64,000 nucleotides of DNA. Origin: Candidatus Omnitrophota bacterium. Its GTDB lineage: Bacteria > Omnitrophota > Gorgyraeia > Gygaellales > JAHJCI01. Below the pieces are notes generated by a model. That model saw nothing but the letters and a program-made list of their open reading frames with translations, was not told where the DNA came from and searched no databases. A program made the translations under genes and the position numbers. Shown here piece after piece: positions 50,728 to 61,225 of the stretch. The DNA is taken from assembly GCA_016783355.1 (NCBI GenBank), contig JADHWR010000001.1:6072-70071 (forward strand), written 5' to 3'. How positions within the stretch are numbered: position 1 is the first letter of the stretch; each line of letters begins with the position of its first letter.

Positions 50728-51866
50728 CTTTCTGCCTCCGCGCGCGCCCAGGCATTACAAGCAAGAACATCCTCTAAAGAGGGCTTCCCAATCTTTTTGT
50801 GTCTGCCTAACACCCTTTGAATAATCTTAGGTATTTTTAAGAAATCTATTCTTTGTCTTAAAAAGGCATCCACAGCTACCTCATTAGCGGCATTCAATAC
50901 ACAAGGCAAACTTCCCCTTTCCTTTGCTACATTAATTGCCAACCTCAGACAAGGAAATCTTCCCAAATCAGGCTTTTCAAAAGTAAGCTTTTTTAATTTA
51001 AAAAAATCCACCCCTCCTGCATAAGTCTTTCTTCGCTGGGGCCAGGTAAGGGCATACTGTATAGGAATACGCATATCAGCCCGGGAAAGCAAAGCAATCA
51101 CTACTCCATCAATAAATTCAACCATAGAATGAATAATAGCTTCGGGATGGATAATAACCTCTATTTGAGAAAAAGATAAGCCGAATAAACTCATTGTTTC
51201 CATAATCTCAAATCCCTTGTTCATTAATGTGGCTGAGTCCACTGTAATCTTTCTGCCCATATTCCAACGAGGGTGACAGAGAACCTGTTTGCGAGTTACC
51301 TGTTTTAACTCTTCAAAGGGCAGGTGATGAAACGGGCCGCCGGAACAGGTCAAATAAATTTGCTTAAGATTAAGTTTATCTTGACCCTCAAGACACTGCC
51401 AGATTGCTGACTGCTCACTATCTACCGGTAAAATTTTGGCTTTCGTTCTTTTTGCCTCCTCGATAATTAAATCCCCGGCCATAACAAGGGCTTCTTTATT
51501 GGCTAAAATAATTATCTTTTTTTTCTTAATTGCAGCTAAAAGAGGTAGTAGTCCAGCTGAGCCTGTGATTGCCAAAACCACAAGATCAACATCTTTATCT
51601 TCTACTATAGACAAGAGTCCTTCCTCTTCGACGCAGATTCTACAAGAAAAGGGGCCTTTCTCCTTCTTTAATTTCCGGAAAGCAGCTTCGTTAACAACGC
51701 AGGCTCTTTTCGGCCTGAATTGCCTAATCTGTCTTGCCAATGAATTTACATCTGAATATGTGCTTAAAGCAAAAACTTCAAAACCATCCCCCAGTGATTC
51801 GATCACCCCTAAGGTGTTTTTGCCTACAGAACCTGTTGAACCAAGAATAGCAACCCGTCTCATTTT
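50715..51866 (-). CDS. dxr: 1-deoxy-D-xylulose 5-phosphate reductoisomerase. The likely start is MRRVAILGSTGSVG
   Basis: ILGSTGSVG NADPH-binding motif and Dxr family sequence. The start adjoins the cdsA stop. Confidence 0.9.
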   Translation of the reverse strand, partial: KMRRVAILGSTGSVGKNTLGVIESLGDGFEVFALSTYSDVNSLARQIRQFRPKRACVVNEAAFRKLKKEKGPFSCRICVEEEGLLSIVEDKDVDLVVLAITGSAGLLPLLAAIKKKKIIILANKEALVMAGDLIIEEAKRTKAKILPVDSEQSAIWQCLEGQDKLNLKQIYLTCSGGPFHHLPFEELKQVTRKQVLCHPRWNMGRKITVDSATLMNKGFEIMETMSLFGLSFSQIEVIIHPEAIIHSMVEFIDGVVIALLSRADMRIPIQYALTWPQRRKTYAGGVDFFKLKKLTFEKPDLGRFPCLRLAINVAKERGSLPCVLNAANEVAVDAFLRQRIDFLKIPKIIQRVLGRHKKIGKPSLEDVLACNAWARAEAERCLL

Positions 51867-52668
51867 ATACCCCAAAATGCAACACCCAAAAATAAAACGC
51901 CGGTGCAGTAAAGAGAACGCTATCAATACAATCCAAAAATCCACCCAGGCCCGGAAAGATAGTTCCTGAATCCTTAACTTGGCAGTCTCGCTTCATTAAA
52001 GATTCGGATAAATCTCCGAGTTCCCCCATGATGCCCAAAAAAATTCCCAGTATAAAAAGATGTAAATAAGAAAAATTGAGGCCTCCCATAAGGGATTTGC
52101 AACTTAAACTTGTCAGGACAGCAAATAAAATTCCTCCTAATAGACCCTCAAGAGATTTTGTTGGACTTATCCGGGAGAAAGGTCGCCTTTTGCCAAATCG
52201 ATGACCTAACAAATATGCGCCAATATCGCCCGCTTTAGTAATTAATAAAACACTGGCTAATAATCCTGCTCCACCTGGTAAATACCTCAGTTTAATCAAA
52301 AAGGTCGTAAACCAGATAACATAAAAAATCCCAAACATCGTCACAGAAATACCGACAATTACACCTGAATTTTCTCCGCGCTTAAAGTGGATCAAGATTA
52401 GAACTACTAAAACAAAACTTATGAGCAGCAATTCCCAGCCTTTTGTCAATTCAAAATGTAAAGATGTAGAAACTAAAACAACTGCACCAACTGCCATGCC
52501 GAAATATTTAAAGATTTCAATCCCTTTTTTCTCAATCATCGTAAAAAATTCATATAAAGCACCGAGGGCAAAAATACCAATCACTAATGCAGAAAGCCAG
52601 TTGATACTTACAGCAAAGCCAATAATTGAAATTAAGATTAAAGAGCTAATTATGCGTCGAATAAGCAT
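51865..52668 (-). CDS. cdsA: Phosphatidate cytidylyltransferase
   Basis: A 267 aa polytopic membrane protein with CdsA C-terminal signature-like sequence. Confidence 0.8.
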   Translation of the reverse strand: MLIRRIISSLILISIIGFAVSINWLSALVIGIFALGALYEFFTMIEKKGIEIFKYFGMAVGAVVLVSTSLHFELTKGWELLLISFVLVVLILIHFKRGENSGVIVGISVTMFGIFYVIWFTTFLIKLRYLPGGAGLLASVLLITKAGDIGAYLLGHRFGKRRPFSRISPTKSLEGLLGGILFAVLTSLSCKSLMGGLNFSYLHLFILGIFLGIMGELGDLSESLMKRDCQVKDSGTIFPGLGGFLDCIDSVLFTAPAFYFWVLHFGV

Positions 52669-52669
52669 T

Positions 52670-53437
52670 TTATTCCTTAATCCTTCGTCTTCGTCCTTCG
52701 CTTCGCTCAGGACTAATCTCTCCGAAGCGGCGATGCCTTTCTTGGTAATCCTTGATTGCCTCGCTCAAATCCTCTTTTTTAAAATCAGGCCAGTAAATTT
52801 TAGTAAAATAAAGCTCGGCGTAAGATGCCTGCCAGAGTAAAAAATTGCTCAACCGTAGCTCTGCGCCTGTGCGGATTAAAAGGTCAAGCTCAGGCAAGTT
52901 ACGAGTATAAAGGAATTGAGAAAAGACCCTCTCATTTAAGGTCTTTATCCAATCAGGGGATTTAGTTGCTAATTCAATAATCTGACGACAGGCATCAACA
53001 ATCTCTTGCCGGGCTCCATAATTTAATGCCAGAACCAGAGTCATCCCCGTGTTTTTTGCAGTGAGCTCTTGCGCTTTCTTAATCTTAAATAAAAGCCGCT
53101 CTGAGAGAGACACGCTTCGGCCAATAACGCGAAAACGCAGGTTATCTTTATTTAATTCCTTAATGTCATTATCTAAAAAATGAGAAAAAGCCCTCATTAA
53201 CATATCTACTTCTTTTTTTGGTCTTTGCCAATTCTCGCAGGAAAAGGCAAACAATGTCAGAGTCTCAATCCCTAACTGATTTGCTGCCCTGGTAATCTCC
53301 TTTATTCGCTTCATGCCTTTTCTGTGACCTGCACTGCGCATAAGCCTTCTCATCTTCGCCCAACGGCCATTACCATCCATTATTATAGCAACGTGTTTAG
53401 GAATGTTGTTTTTATCTAACATTGAAACGCCTTGCAC
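52670..53437 (-). CDS. uppS: Undecaprenyl (isoprenyl) diphosphate synthase. Its C-terminal tail is encoded by family-2-like repeat DNA
   Basis: HVAIIMDGNGRWA and cis-prenyltransferase family sequence. The 3' end (52670-52735) carries CGTCTTCGTCCTTCGCTTCGCTCAGG repeat-like sequence. Confidence 0.9.
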   Translation of the reverse strand: MQGVSMLDKNNIPKHVAIIMDGNGRWAKMRRLMRSAGHRKGMKRIKEITRAANQLGIETLTLFAFSCENWQRPKKEVDMLMRAFSHFLDNDIKELNKDNLRFRVIGRSVSLSERLLFKIKKAQELTAKNTGMTLVLALNYGARQEIVDACRQIIELATKSPDWIKTLNERVFSQFLYTRNLPELDLLIRTGAELRLSNFLLWQASYAELYFTKIYWPDFKKEDLSEAIKDYQERHRRFGEISPERSEGRRRRIKE

Positions 53438-53452
53438 TTTACGCCTTGCGCT

Positions 53453-55030
53453 TTATTGATGGACTCGATAATCTATATTGGCAAATATATTATCCCTATA
53501 TTCGATCTCAGAAAGCCAATGTTCATCAATAGAGTTTCCCTTTATCTCCTCAAAAAGCCGATTAAATCTTAAAAGATGCTGCTTTGTGCGAAGCACAGCA
53601 TAATCAACATGCGTACCTGTTGCCATAATAAAAGCCCAATCAGAGCTCTGCGAAAGCAATAATTCTCGCAGCGCCTGATTTAAGGCTCTTTTTAATAATC
53701 CAGATGCTTGAGGGTGGAACTTTACCAATTCAGTCATACGCTCTGAGGCTTCGTCTAAATGCCGGTAAATCCAGTCGTTTGTGCCTTGTAACCAAACCTC
53801 AGAATAACCCTTCCAGCCCCAACTGGAAAAAGAAGGGCTAACTTTCTGATGGCGGGGATTCTCTCTAAGATATTCGGATGGGGTAACCATTTTAATAATG
53901 TCCTGATCAAAATAGAGTTTGCGAATAAGAAAATCAAGCCATTGTGGGCCTTCAAACCACCAATGTCCAAATAATTCTGCATCATAGGGAGAAACAATAA
54001 TCGGCTTCTTTTGCAAAAAATCATAAAGATACTCTATTTGCTTCTGGCGATTAAAGATGAAATTGCCTGCATGCTCTGCTGCTTTATCTGTGGCCCTGCT
54101 TGGAATATAAACCTGCTTATCATTTGTTGCTGCAGTTATGCGATAATATTTTATTCCTGTAGCTATACGCGCGCCATCAAGATGAATATAATCTTTTATA
54201 TACTCAAGATCTAAATCAAAACCAATGTCCCGGTAGAAATCACGGTAGAAATAATCGCCAGGATACCCCTCGATTGAAGACCAAACCTGCTTCGAAGATT
54301 CAAGGTCCCGGCCAAAACAGGCAACGCCGGATTTACAATAAACAGGAGCAAATGCCCCATATTTAGGCCGTGGCTGGCCATGTAAAAGGCCATGAGCATC
54401 GACAAAGAAGTAATTTATGCCTTCGTCTTTTAGGAGTTGGTCATCGCCGGGCTGATAGCCACATTCAGGAAGCCAGATACCTTTAGGATCCCTGCCAAAG
54501 CTCTCTTTATAATGCTGACAGGCAACCTTAAGCTGGGCACGCACAGAAGGTTTTGTTGCCTCCATCAAGGGAAAGTAACCATGGGTTGCAGCAGAGGTGA
54601 TAATTTCAAGGTTACCGATGTCCTGAAAATATTTAAAGGCATTGATCAGGTTCTTTTGATAACGCAAAAATGTCTCTTTTGCTCGTTTAAAAATCTCTAG
54701 GTACATATGAGCCAGTTGATTAAACTCCGGTTGCCAACGAGTGCGCTCTGTCTCCTTAGAAGCCAACTCAATCAGGTTATTTATATGTTTTAGATACCGC
54801 TCTTGAAGCAAGGAATCAGAAAACATACTTAGAAGTGTAGGGCTCAAAGACAAAGTCATGCGAAAATCTACGTTGTCTCTTAATAAACCTTCGAATACCC
54901 GGATTAAAGGAATATAGGTTTCAGTTATTGCCTCATAAAGCCACCTCTCCTCTAAAAATTTTTCATGCTCAGGGTGCCGCACATAAGGAAGGTGACTGTG
55001 TAAAATTAAACATAAATAACCTTTATTCAT
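53453..55030 (-). CDS. GH57-family alpha-glucan branching enzyme
   Basis: A 525 aa ORF whose N-terminus ILHSHLPYVRHPE is typical of GH57 branching enzymes. Confidence 0.8.
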   Translation of the reverse strand: MNKGYLCLILHSHLPYVRHPEHEKFLEERWLYEAITETYIPLIRVFEGLLRDNVDFRMTLSLSPTLLSMFSDSLLQERYLKHINNLIELASKETERTRWQPEFNQLAHMYLEIFKRAKETFLRYQKNLINAFKYFQDIGNLEIITSAATHGYFPLMEATKPSVRAQLKVACQHYKESFGRDPKGIWLPECGYQPGDDQLLKDEGINYFFVDAHGLLHGQPRPKYGAFAPVYCKSGVACFGRDLESSKQVWSSIEGYPGDYFYRDFYRDIGFDLDLEYIKDYIHLDGARIATGIKYYRITAATNDKQVYIPSRATDKAAEHAGNFIFNRQKQIEYLYDFLQKKPIIVSPYDAELFGHWWFEGPQWLDFLIRKLYFDQDIIKMVTPSEYLRENPRHQKVSPSFSSWGWKGYSEVWLQGTNDWIYRHLDEASERMTELVKFHPQASGLLKRALNQALRELLLSQSSDWAFIMATGTHVDYAVLRTKQHLLRFNRLFEEIKGNSIDEHWLSEIEYRDNIFANIDYRVHQ

Positions 55031-55044
55031 ATTTAGTTAATTTG

Positions 55045-55731
55045 TTAATCGGGTATGACTTGTTTGCTGTCAGGCAGGAAAATCGGCTTTCCCCTTTTTA
55101 CCGGACTAGCGCCGACACCTACTCCATAAAGCCGGGCAAACATATCCTCCGTAACCATCCACTCTTGATCATTAATGCAAGAGGGGCCGGCAATTGGAGT
55201 AGAGACTATATTTGAACGCACAATCGTAAGAAATCTATTATCAGGCAAAAGTAATCCTAAATCAACACACCAGCTGCGCGCTGGTGTCTTTGTCTCAATA
55301 TGCCAATTATTGGCAAAAGAGTTAACTACAATATCAAAGAAAGAATGAGCGTTACTGCCATCAAAGATAGTATCCGTGGTATCATAAACACGTAAGATTA
55401 TCTTTGTCTTCTCATCCAAAGATGGCGTTTCCCTCCTCAACTTTTCCCACGTGGATTCGGTAATTTCCCAATAGGCATAAATCCAGTAGGGGTCACGCAC
55501 CCGTAAAACAATCTTATCCTTGCCATAACCTGTGGGTAGCTGTTGGGGCTTATCAATCTTTTGCACTTCCCGCTTCGGCTCTCTATAAAACCTGGGTTGA
55601 GTAACCTTCTCTTGCACTGCAATCTTGCTTCTAACGGCCTGCTTTTTCCCTCTTGTCCATTTTGCTATTGAGCCCGCCTTTCTGATTACTTCTTTAAAAG
55701 CATCTTTAACGCGTTGTGCTAACCGTCTCAT
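55045..55731 (-). CDS. DUF4912-like protein often paired with GH57 genes. The likely start is MRRLAQ; the longer ORF extends into a palindromic repeat
   Basis: The conserved C-terminal region is VRDPYWIYAYWEI...ILRVYDTTD. A tandem palindrome CCCTGTACCATACGGTACAGGGCCCGCT (two copies) lies at 55735-55800. Confidence 0.6.
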   Translation of the reverse strand: MRRLAQRVKDAFKEVIRKAGSIAKWTRGKKQAVRSKIAVQEKVTQPRFYREPKREVQKIDKPQQLPTGYGKDKIVLRVRDPYWIYAYWEITESTWEKLRRETPSLDEKTKIILRVYDTTDTIFDGSNAHSFFDIVVNSFANNWHIETKTPARSWCVDLGLLLPDNRFLTIVRSNIVSTPIAGPSCINDQEWMVTEDMFARLYGVGVGASPVKRGKPIFLPDSKQVIPD

Positions 55732-55826
55732 ATCTCTGCCCTCCCGCCCTGTACCATACGGTACAGGGCCCGCTCCGTACCATACGGTACAGGGCCCGCT
55801 TGTTGTCAAATGTGGAGACCTGACCC

Positions 55827-56225
55827 CTATTTTTCTTGGGCAACTTCAGCGGTTTCTTTAAGCAATGACTCTTTTAAATCTTCCTCTAATTTTTCTTTTA
55901 ATCTTTTTGTCTTTTCTAAATCTTCTTTTAATGTCTTGTTTTCTGAAATTAACTGATTTAATTTATCAACTGTCAGTTGATGTTGTATTTTTTCCTGATT
56001 AAATTCTTCTCGAATTTTTGCTAAAGCCTGTTTTAATTCTGGAATTTCTTTTGTGAAGCTCAATTTCTCTTCCTCTAAAGTCATACGACTTGCTCTTTCT
56101 TGATTGACTAAGTGTCTCTGTCTTTTTGCCCCCAAACAAGAATGAATGGTAGAAAGAAAAAAGATTATAGCTAATATCCCGAGAATTAAAATTAATCTAT
56201 TTTTTAGATCTTCATTCATAACCAT
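55827..56225 (-). CDS. Membrane-anchored coiled-coil protein (hypothetical)
   Basis: A 132 aa ORF with an N-terminal hydrophobic helix followed by a heptad-rich charged segment. Confidence 0.5.
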   Translation of the reverse strand: MVMNEDLKNRLILILGILAIIFFLSTIHSCLGAKRQRHLVNQERASRMTLEEEKLSFTKEIPELKQALAKIREEFNQEKIQHQLTVDKLNQLISENKTLKEDLEKTKRLKEKLEEDLKESLLKETAEVAQEK

Positions 56226-56232
56226 ACCTCCC

Positions 56233-56922
56233 CTATTTTATATTCTCCACCGGCTCTTCAAGTTCGATAATTTCAATTTCCTCCTCCCCTTCTAAAACTG
56301 TTGCTGGTTCTTCTAAATCTTTTGTCTCTTTGACCTTAATCATCTTCGGCAGAATTACTACTTCCACACGACGATTTAGCTGCTTACCTTCTTTTGTGTC
56401 ATTAGAGGCTACAGGCTGATACTCACCGTAGCCAACTGCCGAAGCACGCTGGGGCGAAATTCCCTTTTTATCAACAAGATAATGCAATGTACTTAAAGCT
56501 CGCGCTGTGGATAATTCCCAATTCGACTTCCAACCAGAATATCTAATTGGTTCGTTATCAGTATGTCCTTCAATACCAATAAGATATTGCGACACATTTT
56601 CTTTTAAAACACGGGCGACCTTATCTAAAATTGGAAAGGATTCTGAGCGTAGCTTCGCTTTGCCCGAATCATACAAGATATCTGCCAAAAAGGTAATCAC
56701 CAAACCTCTTTCAGCCATCTCCAACCGTACTTCTTTACGAGCAATCTCCTCTTTGAGACGCTGCTGAAGCAACTGGTGGACGTTTCTTAAATATCCTATT
56801 TCTTGCGAAAGTTCATCGATCTTCTCAATATCTGAACGTCTACCCGCTTGAAATTTAAACATGCAGCCCGCTAAACTTACTGTCATAAAAAATACAGCCA
56901 ATACTAATGCTTTTTTCTTCAT
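56233..56922 (-). CDS. OmpA/MotB-domain lipoprotein
   Basis: Lipobox LAGC after a signal peptide, and a C-terminal OmpA-like peptidoglycan-binding domain (..GHTDNEPI...NWELSTARA...NRRVEVVI). Confidence 0.8.
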   Translation of the reverse strand: MKKKALVLAVFFMTVSLAGCMFKFQAGRRSDIEKIDELSQEIGYLRNVHQLLQQRLKEEIARKEVRLEMAERGLVITFLADILYDSGKAKLRSESFPILDKVARVLKENVSQYLIGIEGHTDNEPIRYSGWKSNWELSTARALSTLHYLVDKKGISPQRASAVGYGEYQPVASNDTKEGKQLNRRVEVVILPKMIKVKETKDLEEPATVLEGEEEIEIIELEEPVENIK

Positions 56923-56937
56923 CGCTCCTACCTCCTC

Positions 56938-57031
56938 AATGAGTCCGCCAAAGTTCGTTGGCGGACGAATTGATCCCGCCGAATGCTCTAAAATTATCAG
57001 GGAGAATTTTAGAGCAGTTTATGAGGCGGGG
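56938..57031 (-). ncRNA. Structured leader repeat, copy 2 of 3, directly upstream of the ribosome-binding site of the OmpA-like gene
   Basis: AATGAGTCCGCCAAAGTTCGTTGGCGGACGAATTGATCCCGCCGAATGCTCTAAAATTATCAGGGAGAATTTTAGAGCAG...GAGGCGGGG. Confidence 0.6.
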
Positions 57032-57116
57032 TATGTACATTATTTGGGTCATTCCATAAGTCTCGTCCTTACTTATTTTAAATTATATCTATACCTTCGT
57101 CAATATCTATAAATTT

Positions 57117-58388
57117 CTATATTCTGACTGTCTGGTTACGCTGCGAACCCAAAGAAATCATGAATATCTTTATCCGAAGTAAATCTTGAATGGCTTTAAT
57201 ATAAACCTTCGTATTTTTTGGTAATTTGCGATATTCTGTAATAGTAGAAATATCTTCTTGCCAACTGGGATATTCCTGCCAGATAAGCCTTCCTTTCTCT
57301 AATACGTCTAAATCATCATAAGGGTAATTTCTAAACATCTTGCCCTTATATTTATAAGCAATACAGATCTTAATCTTTTTTAACCCTCCCAAAACATCAA
57401 GCTTTGTAATGGCAAGTTCAGAAACCCTATTAACTGAAGCGGCTGTGGATACCATTACTGCATCAAACCAACCACAACGCCGTGGTCTGCCTGTGGTTGC
57501 GCCAAATTCATTTCCTTTTTTACGCATAAATTCACTAAATTTTTTGGATAATTCTGTAGGAAAAGGACCTTCACCTACTCGCGTCGTATAACTCTTTGCT
57601 ACGCCAATTATTTTATCTATAGAAGTTGGCGCAATGCCGCAACCACTGGCAGCCCCGCCAGCAGTAGTAGTTGAGGATGTTACATAAGGATAAGTTCCAA
57701 AGTCAATATCAAGAAATGTTCCTTGGGCGCCTTCAAAAAGCAAAGACTTTTTTTTCTTTATCGCCTCGTTTAAAAAACGACTGACATCAATAATATATGG
57801 CTTTATTGCTTTGCCGTAGTCTAAATATGTTTTATATATTGAATTAAAAGAAAAACCGCCAAAGCCATAGACCTTACGAAAAATTTCATTCTTCTCTTTA
57901 AGATTATCCTTGAGCTTGCGAGAAAAAACATCGGGGTTTATGAGGTCAATTACCCTTATGCCACAACGATTAATCTTATCAGCATAGCAGGGGCCAATGC
58001 CTCTGCCTGTTGTACCAATCCGGCGAATTCTTCTTTTTTCCCGAAGAACATCCATTATCTTATGATACGGAAATATTATGTGCGAAAGAGAAGATATCTT
58101 TAATCTGCTATTAATATTGTAGCCCTTATCCTTAAAGGCCTCAATCTCTTTAAATAAAATCTCTGGGTCAACAACTACCCCATTGCCAATAACACAAATT
58201 TTGCCTTTATGCAGAATTCCGGAAGGAAGAAGATGAAAGATATGCGCCTGCGTATCAACGACAACTGTATGACCGGCGTTACTGCCTCCTTGAAAACGAA
58301 TGATACAATCAGAATCCTCAGCTAAGAAATCAATTATTTTCCCCTTGCCTTCGTCTCCCCATTGTGTGCCGATAATAACGGTATTCAT
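57117..58388 (-). CDS. purA: Adenylosuccinate synthetase
   Basis: A 423 aa ORF reading GTQWGDEGKGKIIDFL, the P-loop of PurA. Confidence 0.93.
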   Translation of the reverse strand: MNTVIIGTQWGDEGKGKIIDFLAEDSDCIIRFQGGSNAGHTVVVDTQAHIFHLLPSGILHKGKICVIGNGVVVDPEILFKEIEAFKDKGYNINSRLKISSLSHIIFPYHKIMDVLREKRRIRRIGTTGRGIGPCYADKINRCGIRVIDLINPDVFSRKLKDNLKEKNEIFRKVYGFGGFSFNSIYKTYLDYGKAIKPYIIDVSRFLNEAIKKKKSLLFEGAQGTFLDIDFGTYPYVTSSTTTAGGAASGCGIAPTSIDKIIGVAKSYTTRVGEGPFPTELSKKFSEFMRKKGNEFGATTGRPRRCGWFDAVMVSTAASVNRVSELAITKLDVLGGLKKIKICIAYKYKGKMFRNYPYDDLDVLEKGRLIWQEYPSWQEDISTITEYRKLPKNTKVYIKAIQDLLRIKIFMISLGSQRNQTVRI

Positions 58389-58390
58389 TG

Positions 58391-59632
58391 TTAAGGATTC
58401 ATTGTAAATATCTTTTCTGCAATCTCTGGATATTTGGCAACAAATTTTAATTCCTCGTCAATAAGGGGTTTCTGATTATGAACATTGGCATAACGCACAA
58501 GTTCCAGGACACGTATTGCTTGCGCATCATCTTTAAATTTAACCTCTAATTTCTCATAAACATTCCTAAATCCCTTAATTCCTGAATACTCGCCTGCTGT
58601 AATCTTACGGCCTGTTTCAACAACCTCTGGTTCACCCCTACCCAATTCCTCAAAATCATAAAGTTCGTAATTGCGCCTATCCTTCAATGCCCCATCCGCA
58701 TGAATTCCTGACTCGTGGGCAAAGGCATTGCTGCCCACGCCTGGTTGATTAATTGGTATCGGCACACCAAAGGCATAAGAGGCATATTTGCATAATTTCC
58801 AGGTATATTTCAAACTAATGCGCTCATCCAATTTATATTTGTCCTTTAATCTACTCCCATACTTTATTGCTAATATAACCGGAATCAAATCAGCATTTCC
58901 CGCACGCTCGCCCATTCCATTAATACACGTGTTAATATAAGCATCGAACCCTGCATCATTAACTGCCATTGCACCTACCACTGAATTGGCCACAGCCAAA
59001 CCCAGATCATTATGACAGTGTAGTTCAATAGGCATCTGCGCTGCTTGCGTTAATTGCTTAACTCGCTCATAAATACTAAAGGGGGAATCATATCCTAATG
59101 TATCGCAATATCTAATCCTGTCTGCCCCTGCTCCTTTTGCCACAAGAGCAAACTCAATTAAATATTCCATACGCGTCCGCGAAGCATCCTCAGCATTCAC
59201 GCCTATTGATTTTATGCCTTTTTTCTTTGCTTCTTTTACTGCCTTGGCCATCTCAGTAATTACCTTTCTGTGGTCAAGTCTGCCCTTAAATTTATGAATA
59301 ATCATCTGGTCGGATGTAGAAATAGAAAGGTTAAGATGTTCTATCTTTGGCGTTAGCTGAAAGGTAGCCTTCACATCCTGCGCTGTTGCCCGAATCCAGC
59401 CGCTTAAGCGAATTGGCGACAAAACACCCATCCGGGCTAACTCTAAATTGGCATTAATGTAGTTTGTTTCATGATGGGTAAAAGGAAAACCAAACTCAGA
59501 TTGAAATATACCCATCTTATTAAGATAGACATTAATCATTGTTTTTTGTAGTTTGGAAAGGCATATTCGCGAAGTCTGTACTCCATCACGGTTGGTAACA
59601 TCAATTATGTAAATTTTGGGGTTGTTTTCCAT
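58391..59632 (-). CDS. HMGL-like aldolase-family synthase (2-isopropylmalate / citramalate / homocitrate synthase family)
   Basis: DRE-TIM barrel with DVTNRDGVQ and HCHNDLGLAVANS metal-binding motifs. At 413 aa it lacks a long LeuA regulatory tail. Confidence 0.7.
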   Translation of the reverse strand: MENNPKIYIIDVTNRDGVQTSRICLSKLQKTMINVYLNKMGIFQSEFGFPFTHHETNYINANLELARMGVLSPIRLSGWIRATAQDVKATFQLTPKIEHLNLSISTSDQMIIHKFKGRLDHRKVITEMAKAVKEAKKKGIKSIGVNAEDASRTRMEYLIEFALVAKGAGADRIRYCDTLGYDSPFSIYERVKQLTQAAQMPIELHCHNDLGLAVANSVVGAMAVNDAGFDAYINTCINGMGERAGNADLIPVILAIKYGSRLKDKYKLDERISLKYTWKLCKYASYAFGVPIPINQPGVGSNAFAHESGIHADGALKDRRNYELYDFEELGRGEPEVVETGRKITAGEYSGIKGFRNVYEKLEVKFKDDAQAIRVLELVRYANVHNQKPLIDEELKFVAKYPEIAEKIFTMNP

Positions 59633-59641
59633 TGCTTCACC

Positions 59642-61225
59642 TCAAAGCTTTATCAATTTTGCTGCCAAAACAAATTCTATCTTCCGTATCTCGTTCATTA
59701 AATCCGGACTTACGGGACTATCCACATTTAAAATGCTGATTGCCTCGCCGCCCCGAATCTTGCGGCCGAAAGTCATGGCAGCAATATTTATATCGTGCTT
59801 GCCTAAGAGTGTGCCAATCCTGCCAATAATCCCGGGTAAGTCCTGGTTCTTCATCACAACAAGATAGCCAAAAGGCGAAACCTCCACATAGAAATCATCA
59901 ATCTTGACAATTCGAGGTTCTCGCTTTGGTGATAAAGTAGCAGCAACAACTTTACTTCCTTTATCTGTATCTATCTTAATAGAAATAAGATTTGTAAATT
60001 CTTCTTCGATTGACGCTTTTGTCTCTTTAATTTTGATCCCTCGTTCTCGTGCGAGAGCAACGGCATTAATAAAGTTAATTGCCTCTTTTAAAATCGGGGT
60101 AAGTAATCCCTTAATTACAGCAGCAGATAAACAAGATACGTCGCGCTTGGTAATCTCACCGCTATATTGAATCTCAATCTTGCTAATCCGGCCCTCTACG
60201 AATTGAGCGCTGAAATTGCCTAACCTCTCTGCCATAATTATATAAGGTTTGAGGAATTTATATTCTTGAGGTTCAATCTTGGGAAAGTTAACAGCATTGC
60301 GAATGCCCAATCCCTTTAAATAATCACGGACACATTCGGCAATCTCAACAGCGACATTAATCTGAGCCTCTTCTGTAGATGCGCCCAAGTGAGGTGTTGT
60401 AATAATATTGTCTAATTTTAGAAGTTCAGATTCTTTCTCCGGAGGCTCCTTCTCAAAAACATCTAAGCTTGCGCCGCTAATCTTGCCCTCTTTAATTGCC
60501 GCGACTAATGCCTTCTCGTCAATAATTCCTCCCCGGGCACAATTGATGACGCAGGCCCCCTTCTTCATTAAAGCGAACTCGCGATCAGAAATGAGATGCC
60601 TTGTCGCATCTGTCAACGGGGTATGCACTGTAATAAAATCTGATATTTTAAGTAAGTCGTCTAACTCTACTAATTCTATCCCGATCGCCTGGGCTGCTTC
60701 ATGAGAAAGATAGGGGTCATAAGCTGTAATCTTTATCCCAAAGGATAGTGCTCGCTTTGCTATCTCTTTTCCAATTCTTCCCAATCCAATAATCCCTAAA
60801 ACCTTACCATAAAGTTCCACCCCCATAAATTTAGAACGCTTCCACTCGCCGCTCTTTACGGAGTTATTTGCCTGAGGGATGTTGCGTGCCAGACTTAAGA
60901 TTAAACTCATTGTATGCTCGCAGGTAGATATGGTATTACCCGCTGGTGCATTCATTACCACAATGCCCTTTTCTGTTGCCGCCGCTAAGTCTATGTTATC
61001 TAACCCCACACCGGCACGGCCAATGACCCGCAAATTCCTGGCTTCGTCAATAACTTCTTTTGTAACTTTGGTTGCACTGCGCACAAACAAAGCAACATAT
61101 TCGCAAATGATTGCCTTTAGCTCCTCTGGTTTTAGTCCTGTTTTCAGATCAACCTTAAATTCGGGCGTATCTTTTAAAATCTTCAGCCCTTCTTCTGATA
61201 ATGGGTCACTAACCAAAATTCTCAT
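59642..61225 (-). CDS. serA: D-3-phosphoglycerate dehydrogenase with a C-terminal ACT domain
   Basis: A 527 aa ORF with NAD-binding GLGRIGKEIAKRA, the catalytic His/Glu region, and ASB and ACT domains. Confidence 0.9.
   Translation of the reverse strand: MRILVSDPLSEEGLKILKDTPEFKVDLKTGLKPEELKAIICEYVALFVRSATKVTKEVIDEARNLRVIGRAGVGLDNIDLAAATEKGIVVMNAPAGNTISTCEHTMSLILSLARNIPQANNSVKSGEWKRSKFMGVELYGKVLGIIGLGRIGKEIAKRALSFGIKITAYDPYLSHEAAQAIGIELVELDDLLKISDFITVHTPLTDATRHLISDREFALMKKGACVINCARGGIIDEKALVAAIKEGKISGASLDVFEKEPPEKESELLKLDNIITTPHLGASTEEAQINVAVEIAECVRDYLKGLGIRNAVNFPKIEPQEYKFLKPYIIMAERLGNFSAQFVEGRISKIEIQYSGEITKRDVSCLSAAVIKGLLTPILKEAINFINAVALARERGIKIKETKASIEEEFTNLISIKIDTDKGSKVVAATLSPKREPRIVKIDDFYVEVSPFGYLVVMKNQDLPGIIGRIGTLLGKHDINIAAMTFGRKIRGGEAISILNVDSPVSPDLMNEIRKIEFVLAAKLIKL

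Noticed and set aside
53755-54405. Small ORFs on both strands inside the GH57 gene
   Set aside because: They are embedded in the GH57 coding region, and the ORF at 54011-54214 is antisense.
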